Positions 61,020 to 64,000 of a stretch of DNA of 64,000 nt are shown piece after piece. Position 1 is the stretch's first letter. Each line of letters opens with the position of its first letter. The translations under genes and the position numbers were made by a program. Source of the DNA: Alphaproteobacteria bacterium (lineage in GTDB: Bacteria > Pseudomonadota > Alphaproteobacteria > GM7ARS4 > CBDIDI01); NCBI GenBank assembly GCA_965277685.1, contig OZ255830.1, positions 1,553,650-1,617,649 on the forward strand, written 5' to 3'. The notes below the pieces were generated by a model. That model saw only the letters and a list, made by a program, of their open reading frames with translations. It was not told the origin of the DNA and made no database searches.

Positions 61020-62869
61020 GAACGGGTCGAGGGCGTGTTTTTACCGCTGCGCGGTGTATACAGCCAGGTGCGCCCGTTGCCGCCGTCAAAACGTCGGGCC
61101 GCGCTTGATCCGATAATAACGATCGCATGCATATCGACCATATCGGGCTTTAACTCTTCCAGTGTGATCATACGGACATGTTGCCGGGGCCTTGCGGCGT
61201 GGTGGACGATAACAACCGGGGTTAAGGCATCCCTGGCGGTTTGTAGAATGCGCAGGGCGTCGATAAAAGGGCGGCGCCGGGTGCGTGATATCGGATTATA
61301 AAGGGCGATGATAAAATCGCAAGCGGCCGCCGCTTCCAGGCGTTTTTTGATGGCCCCGTAATCGGTTAAAAGATCCGACAAGGAAATCGCGCAAAAATCA
61401 TGGCCAATCATGGCCCCGACGATGGCGCTGGCCGATTGCAGGGCGGAAATGCCGGGACGAACATGGATCGCAATTTTTTTCCAGCTCGGCTTTGCTTCTT
61501 GTTCAAGCACTTCGAAAAGCACCCCGGCCATGGCATAGATGGATGGATCCCCGGACGAGACCAGAGCCACGCGCCGTCCGGTGGCGGCAAGGGTAAGGGC
61601 ATGGCGCGCCCGTTGTTTTTCGGCACCGATGGCAAAACGATGAAGTTCGGGCTTTGTGACCAAGGGACCGACGGCATCGACATAGGGGGCATAGCCGATG
61701 ATATCTTGCGCATTGTTAAGGATTTCCTCGACCTCGATCGACCGCTGTCCGCGTCCGCCCGGGCCAAGACCGACGATATCCAGTTGCCCCCGGGCAATGC
61801 CGTGGGCGGTTGGATCAATCGGTGCCATCGCCATGGCTATGGCGATGGTTGCATGGCGGCTGCGTTGCTTGCCGACTTCAAGGATGCCCTTTGGTCCGGC
61901 AGCGAGCAGGGCGGCACTTTCGGCCACGGATGGCGTGCCGACGGCGCGCATCACGATCGGGGACGGATGGGGTACGTTTTTGCTGTTGGCGTTAAGATCC
62001 GCGCTGGAAAAAAAGCGAGCCGGAACGCCAAAATGATGCGCGAGGGCATGGATGGCATCTTCATCCATTTTTTGGCCGACGGAAAAAACCCCGGCCACCG
62101 CGCGCCGGTCGTAAGAGCCAAGGGATTTCTCGGCAAGGGCGATGATTTCATCACCGGGCGCGTGGCGGCTGCATCCGGCACCAATGGCAAGACATTGGGG
62201 AATATAATGAAGAACACCGCGTTCCGGTTGCCGCTTTTTGGCCGATCCAATAACGCGCAGGGTGTCGGTTTTTGCTTTTCGATTATCGGTGGGCAAAGAC
62301 GGGGATTCCATAACGGATGGCAGCCATGGGACATCTTGGCCGTGGATGGTGGCGCCGCGCCGCCATCGGGCGATCCATGACGTGTAATCTTTTCGATTGG
62401 CAAGAATCCACCCCGGCGGCGGTGTGTCCAGGATAAATGCGCCGCTTGGATGGTCTTCGGTTTGCTTGGGGGTATGGTTTAACGCCGCGTTGATGCGACC
62501 GACCAAGGCCATTCCACCGTGATGCAAACCAAGCAGTGGAATCACCGATTGCAGCGCGTGATCGACGGCGATCAATGGGGGTTCGTCCCATTTATTGCTT
62601 AAGAACGGGCCGAGCAGGCGGATCGGTATCGCCGGTGCGCCGATCCAAATCAATGGATGTCCGGCAAGAAATGCGGTCGGCAGGAAGGATGCCACCATCG
62701 TGTAAGAAATATCGGCCGCCGGTTGATTGTCCGTCGTTTGTTCGCGTTGGCTATCGGTCTCATGTCGGCCCTCGGCGAGGGCGAGACGGGCAACCGGGAG
62801 CCGTTCTTTCAAACGTCGGGCGGCGGGATGATGATGCCGTCCGGATGTCACGATTAATGGTGGTTTCAT
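61016..62869 (-). CDS. cobJ: CbiG-CobJ fusion (precorrin-3B C17-methyltransferase)
   Basis: KWDEPPLIAV and LLGLHHGG (CbiG-N); GTPSVAESAAL (CbiG-C); VGLGPG, SSGDPSIYAMA, GHDFCAISLSDLLT, YTPR (CobJ). Confidence 0.92.
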   Translation of the reverse strand: MKPPLIVTSGRHHHPAARRLKERLPVARLALAEGRHETDSQREQTTDNQPAADISYTMVASFLPTAFLAGHPLIWIGAPAIPIRLLGPFLSNKWDEPPLIAVDHALQSVIPLLGLHHGGMALVGRINAALNHTPKQTEDHPSGAFILDTPPPGWILANRKDYTSWIARWRRGATIHGQDVPWLPSVMESPSLPTDNRKAKTDTLRVIGSAKKRQPERGVLHYIPQCLAIGAGCSRHAPGDEIIALAEKSLGSYDRRAVAGVFSVGQKMDEDAIHALAHHFGVPARFFSSADLNANSKNVPHPSPIVMRAVGTPSVAESAALLAAGPKGILEVGKQRSRHATIAIAMAMAPIDPTAHGIARGQLDIVGLGPGGRGQRSIEVEEILNNAQDIIGYAPYVDAVGPLVTKPELHRFAIGAEKQRARHALTLAATGRRVALVSSGDPSIYAMAGVLFEVLEQEAKPSWKKIAIHVRPGISALQSASAIVGAMIGHDFCAISLSDLLTDYGAIKKRLEAAAACDFIIALYNPISRTRRRPFIDALRILQTARDALTPVVIVHHAARPRQHVRMITLEELKPDMVDMHAIVIIGSSAARRFDGGNGRTWLYTPRSGKNTPSTRS

Positions 62870-63561
62870 GGCGCGGATCGGGGTCGAACAAGGATCAAGG
62901 AAAAATAGGGGGCGGTCGTGTCCTTGATATCGGCAAGGGGGCAAATGACCTCTCCGGGGCAGCCAATATTCGATAGATACCACGCGTCATCCAACCGCCC
63001 ACTTGATATTAAAAGACGGCGAAGCCGCCCGCAATGGCGCCCGGTTTTGATGATGGCGCCGCCGCGCCCGTGATCAAGGGCCGCGCGAATGGTGGGGTCG
63101 TCAAGGGTTGCCGGAATAACATTGAAAATGGCATTTCCCCACGCGATCGGCATGGCCAGGGCCGCGCCGGCGGCGTGAAAGGCACTGATGCCCGGCACGA
63201 CCGATACGGTGATTGCCCGCTCTGTAAGATGGGGCAAAAGGGCGGCAAAGGAGGCATAGAACAGCGGATCTCCCTCACAGGTGAAGACGATTTGCCGATT
63301 TTCTTGATAATGGGGCAGCAATGTATCGGCAATGGCGGCGTATTGCGCGCGTCGATGGCTTTTTCCGACCGGCAACGGACAGGGCAGGGCGATGTGATGC
63401 GGACGTATCCAATCGGCGATGATCGCCTTTGCCCGGGATGATCCGTCCGGACTGACCGGCCATGCCAGAACATCGGCTTTTTCAATGCGGTCACGGGCCT
63501 TTAGGGTTAGTAATTGCGGGTCGCCGGGCCCCAGCCCGACCGCATGAAAAAGTCCGGGCAT
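62866..63561 (-). CDS. cobI: Precorrin-2 C20-methyltransferase
   Basis: VGLGPGDPQLLTLKA, EGDPLFY, VPGISA, IIKTGR, APYFSLIL. Confidence 0.93.
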   Translation of the reverse strand: MPGLFHAVGLGPGDPQLLTLKARDRIEKADVLAWPVSPDGSSRAKAIIADWIRPHHIALPCPLPVGKSHRRAQYAAIADTLLPHYQENRQIVFTCEGDPLFYASFAALLPHLTERAITVSVVPGISAFHAAGAALAMPIAWGNAIFNVIPATLDDPTIRAALDHGRGGAIIKTGRHCGRLRRLLISSGRLDDAWYLSNIGCPGEVICPLADIKDTTAPYFSLILVRPRSAP

Positions 63562-63998
63562 TAGGCTTTGTCCCCCTTTGTTGCCGTCCAGCAATACGCC
63601 ATCAGCGGATAATCCGCGCGCCATGCAAAACTTTGGGCAATGCTTGGGGCAAAACTTTGGGCAATACTTGAATCACCGCTTGAGGTACCGCTTTTGACGA
63701 CACTTGAATCACCGCTTTGAACGACGTTTGAATCGCCGCTTTGGGCAACACTTGAATCACCGTTTGGCGCGATATTTGAATCACCACTTTGAACGACGTT
63801 TGAATCGCCGCTTGAATCACGGTTTTCGGGCATGCTTGGGCGATGGCCCGGGTGATGCCCCGGGTGATCATTGGCGGGCGTTGCTCGATCGCGTTGCATC
63901 GGCATAAGGGGGGCAAGGGATGATGTTTGGTGCAAGGTCAGATGGCCGCCGTGGCGTTCGTGTTGCTCGAAAAGAACGCTTTGGCCATCGCGGCTAAT
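63561..63998 (-). CDS. Probable 3' end of precorrin-6Y methyltransferase (CobL/CbiET) with a repeat tail; truncated by the window edge
   Basis: Frame open to the window end: ISRDGQSVLFEQHERHGGHLT resembles the CobL C-terminus, then (SGDSNVVQ)n 24-bp repeats; TAATG overlap with cobI. Confidence 0.55.
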   Translation of the reverse strand: MSRDGQSVLFEQHERHGGHLTLHQTSSLAPLMPMQRDRATPANDHPGHHPGHRPSMPENRDSSGDSNVVQSGDSNIAPNGDSSVAQSGDSNVVQSGDSSVVKSGTSSGDSSIAQSFAPSIAQSFAWRADYPLMAYCWTATKGDKA

Positions 63999-64000
63999 GG

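Overview
Chromosomal segment of an alphaproteobacterium, judged from the nuoA-N-coaX-rnj-mce gene order and the cob genes. The left third (1 to ~22.4 kb) is accessory DNA ending at a tRNA-Ser(GGA). It holds the 3' part of a large RTX/Ca-binding repeat protein, a solitary Mu-like major capsid (gpT) gene with a perfect 22-bp palindrome over a TATAAT box, a small HrgC/DUF2628-like membrane gene, a three-gene Shango-type defence system (TerB-domain protein, DUF2791 ATPase, Lhr-like helicase), and a type I R-M operon carrying a half-HsdS, RhuM, a DUF3800 gene followed by a probable minus-strand structured small RNA, and a YgjP/M48 peptidase. The rest is core genome: bepA-like M48 protease, PLP aminotransferase, complete nuo operon, coaX, rnj, mce, icd, LOG, LysM protein, psd/pssA, RND pump, NitT/TauT ABC transporter, tusA and cobalamin genes, with a perfect parS palindrome at 59871-59886. 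The core genes are unusually full of short tandem duplications at gene termini and in loops. Two of these form repeat-built ORFs inside the nuo operon that overlap the neighbouring stop and start codons at both ends. All calls come from motif recognition by eye; no database searches were run.
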